32,000 nt of DNA from positions 900,001 through 932,000 of the forward strand of contig CP178758.1 of NCBI GenBank assembly GCA_047651235.1, written 5' to 3'. Below are positions 23,869-31,265 of the stretch, piece after piece. Each line of letters begins with the position of its first letter. Within the stretch, counting starts at the first letter, position 1. The translations under genes and the position numbers were made by a program. The notes under the pieces are model-generated. The model was not told the DNA's origin, did no database searches, and worked only from the letters and a program-made list of their open reading frames with translations. Origin of the DNA: Candidatus Electrothrix yaqonensis. GTDB taxonomy: Bacteria > Desulfobacterota > Desulfobulbia > Desulfobulbales > Desulfobulbaceae.

Positions 23869-24872
23869 GCCTCCCTCTGCTCAGGGTCAGGAACCTGAAA
23901 AAATATTTCCCCGTCTGCAGCAAAGGCTTCTTCAAAAGGCGGCTGGGCATAGTCAGGGCCGTGAACAAGATCAGCTTCACCCTCGATGCCAAGGAAACCC
24001 TTGGACTGGTCGGTGAGTCAGGCTGCGGAAAAACCACCACAGCGCGCACCATCCTGCGGGCCGTCACGCCGACCGAAGGAAACATTTTCTTTGACCACAG
24101 TGGCACAGGTGAAGCTGTTGATCTAGCCGGTCTGCGCGAAGCCGGGCTGAAGCCGCTCCGCCAGCATATGCAGATGATTTTCCAGGATCCCTTCAGCTCG
24201 CTTAACCCGCGCATGACTGTGGGGCAGATTATTGCCGAGCCCATGCGGATCCATAAATTGGCTAAAGGGAGTGAGCTTGACGACCGGGTTGAGGCAATCC
24301 TGAAAAAGGTGGGGCTGAAACCGGAGCATAAGGCCCGCTATCCCCATGCCTTCAGCGGCGGCCAACGGCAGCGTATCGGCATTGCCCGGGCGCTCATCAT
24401 GGAGCCTGCCTTAGTGGTTGCCGATGAGGCTGTTTCAGCCCTTGATGTTTCGGTCCAGGCCCAGGTTATCAACCTGCTGGACGACCTGCAGGATGAGTTC
24501 GGAGTGGCCTACCTCTTTATTGCCCATGACCTGGGCGTGGTCCGCCATATCTGCGACCGGGTCGCGGTCATGTACGCCGGACGGATCGTCGAGATGGCCC
24601 GGACCAAAGACCTCTTCAATAATCCCCTGCATCCCTACACGCAACTGCTGCTGGCCTCGGTGCCCAGTCCTGATCCGGACGTCATAATGAAGATGGAAGA
24701 GTTCAGCGAAGTTGCCTATACCGGCAACCTGCCTTTCGGCTGCGCATTTCAGCCCCGCTGCGGACAATGCTCGGACGGCTGCCAGAGCGGCATTCCTGAG
24801 CTACTTGAAGTGGAAGCAGGGCATTTTGTGGCCTGTCTGTTGCGCAGGGGCAGCAAGGTATCCGGCAGATAG
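23865..24872 (+). CDS. DppF/OppF-like ABC ATPase
   Basis: Walker A GESGCGKTT, signature FSGGQRQR, Walker B LVVADEAVSALD. C-terminal Cys cluster CAFQPRCGQC. TAG stop. Confidence 0.9.
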   Translation: MSLPLLRVRNLKKYFPVCSKGFFKRRLGIVRAVNKISFTLDAKETLGLVGESGCGKTTTARTILRAVTPTEGNIFFDHSGTGEAVDLAGLREAGLKPLRQHMQMIFQDPFSSLNPRMTVGQIIAEPMRIHKLAKGSELDDRVEAILKKVGLKPEHKARYPHAFSGGQRQRIGIARALIMEPALVVADEAVSALDVSVQAQVINLLDDLQDEFGVAYLFIAHDLGVVRHICDRVAVMYAGRIVEMARTKDLFNNPLHPYTQLLLASVPSPDPDVIMKMEEFSEVAYTGNLPFGCAFQPRCGQCSDGCQSGIPELLEVEAGHFVACLLRRGSKVSGR

Positions 24873-24911
24873 GCGGAGGAAACATACCTCCGAAAACGGA
24901 GGCATGCAGAA

Positions 24912-25472
24912 ATGAAAACAGGACTGACTGATCATTTATGGACGCTCAAAGAGCTTTTCGCAACGACCGTTCTCGGTCGGCAACATTCAACAACTCACCA
25001 GGGTGACTGTCGAAAAATGAAATTCAAATTTACCCTTCTGTTCTTTGCAATATCAACTCTGCTGTTTGTAGTTGAAATTATTTTCAATTGTGATTTGATT
25101 GAAATCATCTATACAATGCACAGTAATATGCTGGATCGGTGCGCTTCAGTTGCTGTTTTAGCGGCAACCGGCTTGGTGATCGATTATATTATCAGCATAA
25201 AACGCAGAAAAGAACGCGAGAAAGTAGCAGCATATAATGCCGCCATGAGAGCAGCCAACCAGCTGCTGCGTGATTTGATGAACAGCATGATTATATTGTC
25301 CGCCTCAGAATCTGTAAAAGAAGAATTCGGTGATGACATTTCAGAGATAATAAACAAAAACATTAAAGATATGGAGCAAGTCCTCGAAGCCCTGACCGGT
25401 CTGAAAGAAATTACTCCGGAGATGATCAGGGAGATATCTGCTCCCTCGTATGCGGAAAATGAATCAGACTGA
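24912..25472 (+). CDS. Hypothetical membrane protein in an AT-rich patch; start uncertain (ATG 24912 with a GGAGG RBS, or ATG 25017)
   Basis: Two TM helices (FTLLFFAISTLLFVVEIIF and ASVAVLAATGLVIDYII) followed by a helical acidic tail. The first 35 aa (MKTGLTDHLWTLKELF...) look like a transposase C-terminal tail. Confidence 0.5.
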   Translation: MKTGLTDHLWTLKELFATTVLGRQHSTTHQGDCRKMKFKFTLLFFAISTLLFVVEIIFNCDLIEIIYTMHSNMLDRCASVAVLAATGLVIDYIISIKRRKEREKVAAYNAAMRAANQLLRDLMNSMIILSASESVKEEFGDDISEIINKNIKDMEQVLEALTGLKEITPEMIREISAPSYAENESD

Positions 25473-25496
25473 ACCGGAGTTCATTGTCCTGGAGGG

Positions 25497-25523
25497 TTAT
25501 CTGAATTATCTGAATTATCTGAA
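25497..25523. repeat. Perfect 9-nt tandem repeat (TTATCTGAA) x3
   Basis: Read directly from the sequence. Intergenic. Confidence 0.95.
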
Positions 25524-25559
25524 AACAGTATTGTACAGCAAGGGTGCAAAAAAATAACA

Positions 25560-25988
25560 ATGAAGTCCATCAATCCATTACTGTTTATCGGCATGATCGG
25601 CGTTTTTACCATAGGAAGCAGTCTTGCTGCTGATCTCATGCAGGTATTTTACGGGGACTAGGATATGTACTGGACGCATAAGGATAAGCCGTTGCCCCTT
25701 GAAAAAACCGGGGAACACTTTCAGATCTTTATCGGGGGGAAACCTCTGCAGGATCATCTGGACGGACAAACATTTTTTGCTGCGGATGCGGAGCTGGTGC
25801 CGTATCCGGTTGTTTCACAAGATGTTACAGTTCGGGTAAATAACTGGCATAAAGTAAAAGCGAGGACTCTGACTAAAACAACAATTACCGGTTTTGTATT
25901 CGGGGTTAACCTGACATTGATGATTGTGGGCTTGGTACAGACCTGTCTTCAGCGGAAGAAAAAGGCCGGTAATCGTCCAAGACGTTAA
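25560..25988 (+). pseudogene. Small bitopic membrane protein gene interrupted by an in-frame TAG at 25659-25661
   Basis: ATG 25560 encodes MKSINPLLFIGMIGVFTIGSSLAADLMQVFYGD, a signal peptide. TAG follows, and the same frame continues as D-MYWTHKDKPLPLEK... (track ORF 25665-25988) with a C-terminal TM helix and a basic tail. The gene ends 9 nt before the SulP start. Confidence 0.55.
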
Positions 25989-25996
25989 GGGAAAAT

Positions 25997-27700
25997 ATGT
26001 TTTCCGCATTGAAAAAATCATTACACAGTAAACCATCGTATGCGGACATCCAAGCGAATGTGCTGGCAGGCTTGACGGTCGGCGTTATTGCACTTCCGCT
26101 TTCAATGGCTCTGGCGATTGCCAGTGGTGTTCCACCCCAGCATGGCCTGTACACAGCAATGGTTGCCGGGATTGTTATTGCACTTACCGGTGGTTCAAAG
26201 GTCAACATCTCCGGGCCGACCGCAGCGTTTGTGGTCATTCTGCTGCCCATTGTGCAGAAATTCGGTATAGGGGGGCTGCTTGTCAGCGGTATGATGGCAG
26301 GGATGATCCTTATCCTGCTGGGTATAGGAAAACTCGGCAGGCTGATTGAAATTGTTCCGTATCCCGTGACGGTAGGATTTACCGCAGGCATCGGCGTGGT
26401 GATCGGTACTTTTCAGATAAAGGATTTTTTCGGCCTGCAGATAGAATCAACGGGCGGCCATTATCTCGACAAACTGTCGGTTATCCTGCAGGCATTGCCA
26501 TCGATAAACTGGCAGGAAACGTTCATCGGGGTTTTGACCCTGGCAGTCCTGCTGATCTGGCCGCGATTCCGCTCAAAGGTTCCCGGTCATCTCATTGCCC
26601 TGTTGATAGGCAGTCTGACGGCCTGGCTGTTCAGCCGCTTCATTCCGGATTTTTCCGTTGCGACCATCGGCAGTCGATTTCAGTTTGAAATAAACGGGAT
26701 AACGGGTAATGGAATCCCCCCCATCCTGCCCTCCTTTGAATGGCCGTGGAATTTGCCCGGTGCCGATGGAAAACCCATCGGGTTGGATTTTGCTCTGGTC
26801 AGATCGCTTTTTCCGTCAGCAATGACGATAGCTATTTTAGGCGCTCTGGAATCCCTGTTATGCGCGGTAGTCGCCGACGGGATGTCCGGGAAAAAACACA
26901 ATCCCAACGATGAGCTTATCGGTCAGGGGATCGGAAATCTGCTCGTGCCGCTCTTCGGGGGGATTCCGGCGACCGCTGCAATTGCCCGGACAGCAGCCAA
27001 TATCAAAGCGGGCGGCAGTATGCCGTTGGCCTCGGTTGTTCATGGTTTGTTTATCCTGATCGGGATATTGCTGCTTGCTCCTTTGTTATCCTACATCCCC
27101 ATGGCTTCAATGGCAGCCTTACTTTTGATGGTTGCATGGAATATGAGTGAGGCCAAGCACTTTATGCGCACAGTCAAGATAGCACCCAGACAGGATGTCT
27201 TTGTCCTGATTATCTGTTTTCTTTTAACTGTGCTGTTTGATATGACCGTCGCCGTCGCCGTGGGCATGGGGTTGGCAGCGGTATTATTTATTCGAAGAAC
27301 TATCAGCCTGATGCAGACTTCTGCAATTGAAAGCAGTCATGCAAAACGTGAACTTCCGAGGAATACGGTGATTTACGATATTAACGGCCCGTTATTTTTC
27401 GGCTCTGCGCAGAAAGCCCTAAAGACGATTTCAATGGTACGACCTGATGTGCGGGTCGTGATCCTGGATATGTCGGAGGTCACCATGCTGGATATGAGCG
27501 CCATTGTTGCTATGGAATCGATAGCAAATGATTTATCAGCAAGAAATATAGGTTTAATTATAAATAACCTGCAGCCCCGTATGATATTGAAGCTCAGGCG
27601 TGCCGGGATACGAAAGAGAATCGGCAGGGTGGCCTTTTCACGATCCCTTGAAGATGGTTTTGAGGCAGCAAAAAAGATGCTCACGTTGCCGCCCGCGTGA
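25997..27700 (+). CDS. SulP-family anion transporter with a C-terminal STAS domain (DauA/YchM-like)
   Basis: N-terminal ANVLAGLTVGVIALPLSMALAIASGVPPQHGLY. STAS region VVILDMSEVTMLDMSAIVAMESIANDL. Confidence 0.9.
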   Translation: MFSALKKSLHSKPSYADIQANVLAGLTVGVIALPLSMALAIASGVPPQHGLYTAMVAGIVIALTGGSKVNISGPTAAFVVILLPIVQKFGIGGLLVSGMMAGMILILLGIGKLGRLIEIVPYPVTVGFTAGIGVVIGTFQIKDFFGLQIESTGGHYLDKLSVILQALPSINWQETFIGVLTLAVLLIWPRFRSKVPGHLIALLIGSLTAWLFSRFIPDFSVATIGSRFQFEINGITGNGIPPILPSFEWPWNLPGADGKPIGLDFALVRSLFPSAMTIAILGALESLLCAVVADGMSGKKHNPNDELIGQGIGNLLVPLFGGIPATAAIARTAANIKAGGSMPLASVVHGLFILIGILLLAPLLSYIPMASMAALLLMVAWNMSEAKHFMRTVKIAPRQDVFVLIICFLLTVLFDMTVAVAVGMGLAAVLFIRRTISLMQTSAIESSHAKRELPRNTVIYDINGPLFFGSAQKALKTISMVRPDVRVVILDMSEVTMLDMSAIVAMESIANDLSARNIGLIINNLQPRMILKLRRAGIRKRIGRVAFSRSLEDGFEAAKKMLTLPPA

Positions 27701-27846
27701 ATGACCGGAGTAAATTCCGCAGGGTGACAGGGAAAGCAGAAAAAGAGACCATTTTCTTGTAACCGTGACCTTTTATCCAATATTCAGTGCCGATCAACAA
27801 AAAGTGATGGGCGGTAAGGGAGCCCAACGTTTTCTGCGGAAAACAG

Positions 27847-27876
27847 TTGACAGCACCTTTCCGGAAATGGTAGATA
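27847..27876 (+). promoter_or_regulatory. Candidate promoter for tRNA-Pro
   Basis: Perfect -35 TTGACA, an 18-nt spacer and a weak -10 TAGATA, about 25 nt upstream of the tRNA 5' end. Confidence 0.35.
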
Positions 27877-27902
27877 AATGCATTCTCGAAAGAATGATAT
27901 AT

Positions 27903-27979
27903 CGGAACGTAGCGCAGTCTGGTAGCGCACCTGAATGGGGTTCAGGGGGTCGGAGGTTCAAATCCTCTCGTTCCGACCA
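27903..27979 (+). tRNA. tRNA-Pro (anticodon GGG), with encoded CCA
   Basis: A manual cloverleaf fits. Acceptor stem CGGAACG/CGTTCCG, D stem GCGC/GCGC, anticodon stem CCTGA/TCAGG with loop AT-GGG-GT, T arm GGAGG-TTCAAAT-CCTCT. 77 nt. It is closely similar to the enterobacterial proline tRNA as I recall it. Confidence 0.92.
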
Positions 27980-27987
27980 GCAATATC

Positions 27988-28024
27988 AAGGAGTTAAATG
28001 GCAACGCTTAACTCCTTTTTTGTT
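27988..28024 (+). terminator. Rho-independent terminator after tRNA-Pro
   Basis: AAGGAGTTAA, 10-nt loop, TTAACTCCTT (perfect 10-bp stem), followed by TTTTTTGTTT. Confidence 0.8.
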
Positions 28025-28330
28025 TAAAGGTTCCAAAAAGGTTCCACTGGCACACCCTCTGAGAGTTTTTAAAGGCTCATCCTCTTACTCACAATCCCAC
28101 CAGTTTCCCGGCAAGATGTAACAAACGCAAAACCACCATTTCAAAAAAGCTCCCGTGAACATCCCTTCCAAGAACATCACCCCGAATATCAGCCAGGTTT
28201 TCAAAGCGGATCAAAAAGAACGGGTGGACTCCCCCTTTTTCTTGGTGGAGTCTCTGCGCTATGGGTGTACAGGTCTGCACAGGAAGTGGAGTTCTAAACG
28301 GTTGATGAAGTCACCGGACTATACAACGGA

Positions 28331-28361
28331 TTGGGGAGAATTGCCGGTTGCCAAGGCATGA
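28331..28361 (+). repeat. Left copy of the 31-nt direct repeat bracketing the HepT/MntA module
   Basis: TTGGGGAGAATTGCCGGTTGCCAAGGCATGA compared with 29194-29224: 26 of 31 positions identical, with a perfect 13-nt core GAATTGCCGGTTG. Confidence 0.8.
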
Positions 28362-28449
28362 AAAACCCATTGCCCCGAAATCAACCTTTGGCAGCCCCAC
28401 GTTCTGAGATTGAGCAGGGCGCACCGGAGGGAGAGAGGGGGGGGAGTTC

Positions 28450-28791
28450 CTACGGCAGCTCTTCACGTTCAAGAAGCCGGTTGACCGCCTCTTTCAGCGC
28501 AGGCAAATCCTGTTCCACCGTCATCCAGACTTCGGCCATGTCCACGCCGTCATACTGATGAATGAGCACATCCCGGAAGCCTGCAATCTCTTTCCAGGGG
28601 ATATGCGGCACAAGTTGGCGGACTTCTTCGGAAATGCGTTTAGCAGCTTCGCCGATAATCTCAAAATTGCGGATAACCGCATCCTGTGTTTTGCCGTCCG
28701 CTGAAAATGTGGATTCCCCGTCCCCGGTGTATTCCTCTATCTTTTCGATGCACTCCCGGATATGGATGAGATACAGCCGTTGATCCTTCAT
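28450..28791 (-). CDS. hepT: HepT-type HEPN toxin (DUF86)
   Basis: 113 aa. HEPN R-x4-H motif in FRDVLIHQY. 4-nt overlap with the upstream MNT gene. Confidence 0.85.
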   Translation of the reverse strand: MKDQRLYLIHIRECIEKIEEYTGDGESTFSADGKTQDAVIRNFEIIGEAAKRISEEVRQLVPHIPWKEIAGFRDVLIHQYDGVDMAEVWMTVEQDLPALKEAVNRLLEREELP

Positions 28792-29066
28792 AAGGGCACT
28801 GCCTCTTTGATGATTTTATCCCGGACATACCAATGAACGCTTCGTTCCGTCACAACATCGACCTTGCGGCCCAACAGCTTTTCCAGCTCCTGCATAAAGG
28901 CGATACGCTTCAGCAGGCTGCCTTCCATATTCACAAGAAAATCAGCATCACTTGCCGCCGTGTTCTCGCCCCGTGCGAACGAGCCGAAGATTCGGATATT
29001 CTTTGCCCCGTATCTGCGGGCAAGCCGCATTATTTCATCTTTTCTGCTGTGCAGTTCATTCGCCAT
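28788..29066 (-). CDS. mntA: MntA-type minimal nucleotidyltransferase antitoxin
   Basis: 92 aa. Motif GSFARGE...SDADFLV (the GSxxRG...DxD NTase motif). Confidence 0.85.
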   Translation of the reverse strand: MANELHSRKDEIMRLARRYGAKNIRIFGSFARGENTAASDADFLVNMEGSLLKRIAFMQELEKLLGRKVDVVTERSVHWYVRDKIIKEAVPL

Positions 29067-29193
29067 AAAGAGACCCTGGTTGATTCCGCCTGTGCGTTTT
29101 TGCCTTGATTCTACAGGACAGTATACCGTAACTGACAGTGCAGCGGCAATATGATTTCCTTTTTGCAGCGGGTCGCCCGTAGTTGTTTACCTG

Positions 29194-29224
29194 GTGGGGG
29201 GAATTGCCGGTTGTCAGGGCCTGA
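29194..29224 (+). repeat. Right copy of the 31-nt direct repeat bracketing the HepT/MntA module
   Basis: GTGGGGGGAATTGCCGGTTGTCAGGGCCTGA. See 28331-28361. Confidence 0.8.
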
Positions 29225-29540
29225 CAGACGTTACCTGCGTATATTTTCCGGCTTTGCTTGGCTGGCAGAGTTGGGCATGTTTTGGTAGCATTGCACCGGG
29301 CCGCATGATTTGAGGCCGTGAAGAAAGAAAAGGGGTGGTGGCTAATCAATTTCAACGATTCGGTATATCCCTACCCTCACCCTCTGAATTGTAATTGCCA
29401 CAACGGACGGTATGCGTTGAATTCTGAAGTGATTTAAACACAGGTTGGTGAGATTGACAAGGGGGGAAGTGCGGCGGGTTTGGTGGTTCGGTGTCCGTTG
29501 CAGTGAGAACACAGCCTGAAAACTAACTAAAAAATCTCAG

Positions 29541-31028
29541 CTATTCGTTATTATCTGAACGCATACAACATTTTTTATACTTTTTCCCCGACCCACAGGG
29601 ACATTTCTCATTTCTTCCATATTTTACAGCCATTCTTCTATATGGTTTATTATTTTTGTTTCTTTCTTCAAACAAGGAAATGCGAGAAGTAAAAATATCA
29701 TTTAGTATCTGCTTGTCTTTGATAAGACTTTTAGCTTCATCTTTTTCTTCCTGAGTTAGATCATGAAAATATTCTATCGAAAGAATATCTTCTGATCGCC
29801 CTTTTGCCTCTTTAGGCTCTGTCGAAATACATACTAAATCCTTGGCTGTTGGATATAAATATTTTGCAACAAGTAAATATTGCTGCATGAACGTCAATCG
29901 TTTACTTCTACAGTCATTATAAATAACACCTTTAACCCTTGGCAAAAAAAGAAAAACAAATAGTTTCTCTGGCCTATCAGGTGAATATACTACCCTGCCA
30001 GATCGTTTATCATGAGGGACTTCATCAAATTTTTCGATAAATGCCTTTGAAAGAAGGGTTCTTGATAATCTATTTTCAGCCGATAGCTTTCTTACTGCTC
30101 TCTCATGATATTCAAATTCAATTTTTTTTGCTTCTTCATAACCAGTTGCTTTTAAAACATGATTCGTAAAATGTCTTATAAGACGATCCCATAAATAACT
30201 TTTCTTGCGTTCGCTGCATAACAGCTCATATTCTTGGCTATTTTTAATATTATTCCATAACCCCTCTGATAATAAAATCGGTTCATTTGTAGTTGAAAAA
30301 GCAAAAAATGGATTATTTTTCAAAAAATAGTAGGCCAACATTTCTTCTTCGCCGGAAGAATAAATTACAGCTCTATCCTTGATATTTTTTTCTTTAAATT
30401 TTAAATAATCAGTAAAATCTGAAGCTGTGTCTAGCTCAGTCATTAATAAATCAAGAGAAAACTTATCTAAAACGTGAATAAATGTTTTATCGGGGGAAAA
30501 ATTACCTAGTGTAAATGGATACTCAGAACATTGACTTTCATCATAAAGATAATTCTGTATGAAAGTACCTGAGCTTTCACCACCAAAATGATGAACAGCG
30601 GCTTTGTAAGAGTTCCAAGTAACCGCTATCAAATGAATCTCATAATCATGTTGATTAAGGAAAATTGGAAATTTTTTTTTGCATTCTTTATCAAGATATA
30701 ACCTGTCTGGATATTTTTTTATCCATGATTCAGCTCCATATAGTTGCTTCGATGATCTTATTACTGATTTTAAAAACCACCTTTTCCACGCTACATGAAG
30801 ATCAATATTAGAATTAAACGATATGTCTTTATCAGAAAAAACTATTATTTTCCTTTCAAAAACCACTAATAAATCACATAATTCTCTACCTTGACCTGTT
30901 TTGGAAATTCCTTCATCAGTATAAATATTTGGATAAGACCAAAGACCAAAAAACGTATCCTCAGAGAGTTTTGCAAGATATTTTTCGGTTTTGGTTGAAC
31001 CTTTTTGTTTAAGAATTGGCCTAAGCAT
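29541..31028 (-). CDS. AT-rich orphan protein: NERD/PD-(D/E)xK-like N-terminal region, an unassigned ~350-aa middle, and a C-terminal SEC-C zinc-binding motif
   Basis: The C-terminus is KCPCGSGKKYKKCC. The N-terminus is TEKYLAKLSEDTFFGLWSYPNIY...GRELCDLLVVFERKIIVFSDKD. ATG 31028 with a GGGAG RBS at 7 nt is preferred over the GTG 31055 given in the track. Three hand-counted 60-nt lines gave 22-35% GC. Confidence 0.7.
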   Translation of the reverse strand: MLRPILKQKGSTKTEKYLAKLSEDTFFGLWSYPNIYTDEGISKTGQGRELCDLLVVFERKIIVFSDKDISFNSNIDLHVAWKRWFLKSVIRSSKQLYGAESWIKKYPDRLYLDKECKKKFPIFLNQHDYEIHLIAVTWNSYKAAVHHFGGESSGTFIQNYLYDESQCSEYPFTLGNFSPDKTFIHVLDKFSLDLLMTELDTASDFTDYLKFKEKNIKDRAVIYSSGEEEMLAYYFLKNNPFFAFSTTNEPILLSEGLWNNIKNSQEYELLCSERKKSYLWDRLIRHFTNHVLKATGYEEAKKIEFEYHERAVRKLSAENRLSRTLLSKAFIEKFDEVPHDKRSGRVVYSPDRPEKLFVFLFLPRVKGVIYNDCRSKRLTFMQQYLLVAKYLYPTAKDLVCISTEPKEAKGRSEDILSIEYFHDLTQEEKDEAKSLIKDKQILNDIFTSRISLFEERNKNNKPYRRMAVKYGRNEKCPCGSGKKYKKCCMRSDNNE

Positions 31029-31158
31029 TTTCAGGCTCCCATGAGCTTTTTTCACTTTTTCTACAGCCCCTTTTTTGTCCGTAATCTGACAGTCTACGAA
31101 GCCTCCTATTTCCTTTGACAGTCTTTGATCAGTTGAGAACTTTAACGTTGTAGAGAGT

Positions 31159-31265
31159 TATAGCTGGAGCAACATAATTTGAATATGCCCACAAGAGGCA
31201 TAAGTTTTGCCTTCACGCCTTTCAGATAGCTGATCCTGTATTCAGTTTATACTGCTCCAGCTATA
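31159..31265. repeat. Perfect 13-bp inverted repeat TATAGCTGGAGCA / TGCTCCAGCTATA (31159-31171 and 31253-31265) with an 81-nt spacer
   Basis: Read directly from the sequence. It sits at the junction between the AT-rich gene's upstream region and the truncated transposase reading frame. Confidence 0.8.

Noticed and set aside
25659-25661. The in-frame TAG as a pyrrolysine codon
   Set aside because: TAG terminates at least two well-defined genes here (the dppF-like gene at 24870-24872 and hepT at 28450-28452). No pyl genes are in the window, and the host protein is not a methyltransferase. A nonsense mutation or a sequencing error is more likely.
27765-28121. 118-aa plus-strand ORF
   Set aside because: It runs straight through the tRNA-Pro gene and its terminator, so it is not a credible CDS.
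28331-29224. The 31-nt direct repeats as integron attC sites, with the TA pair as an integron cassette
   Set aside because: Neither copy shows the RYYYAAC / GTTRRRY core pair or the internal imperfect dyad expected of attC. No intI gene or further cassettes are visible in the window.
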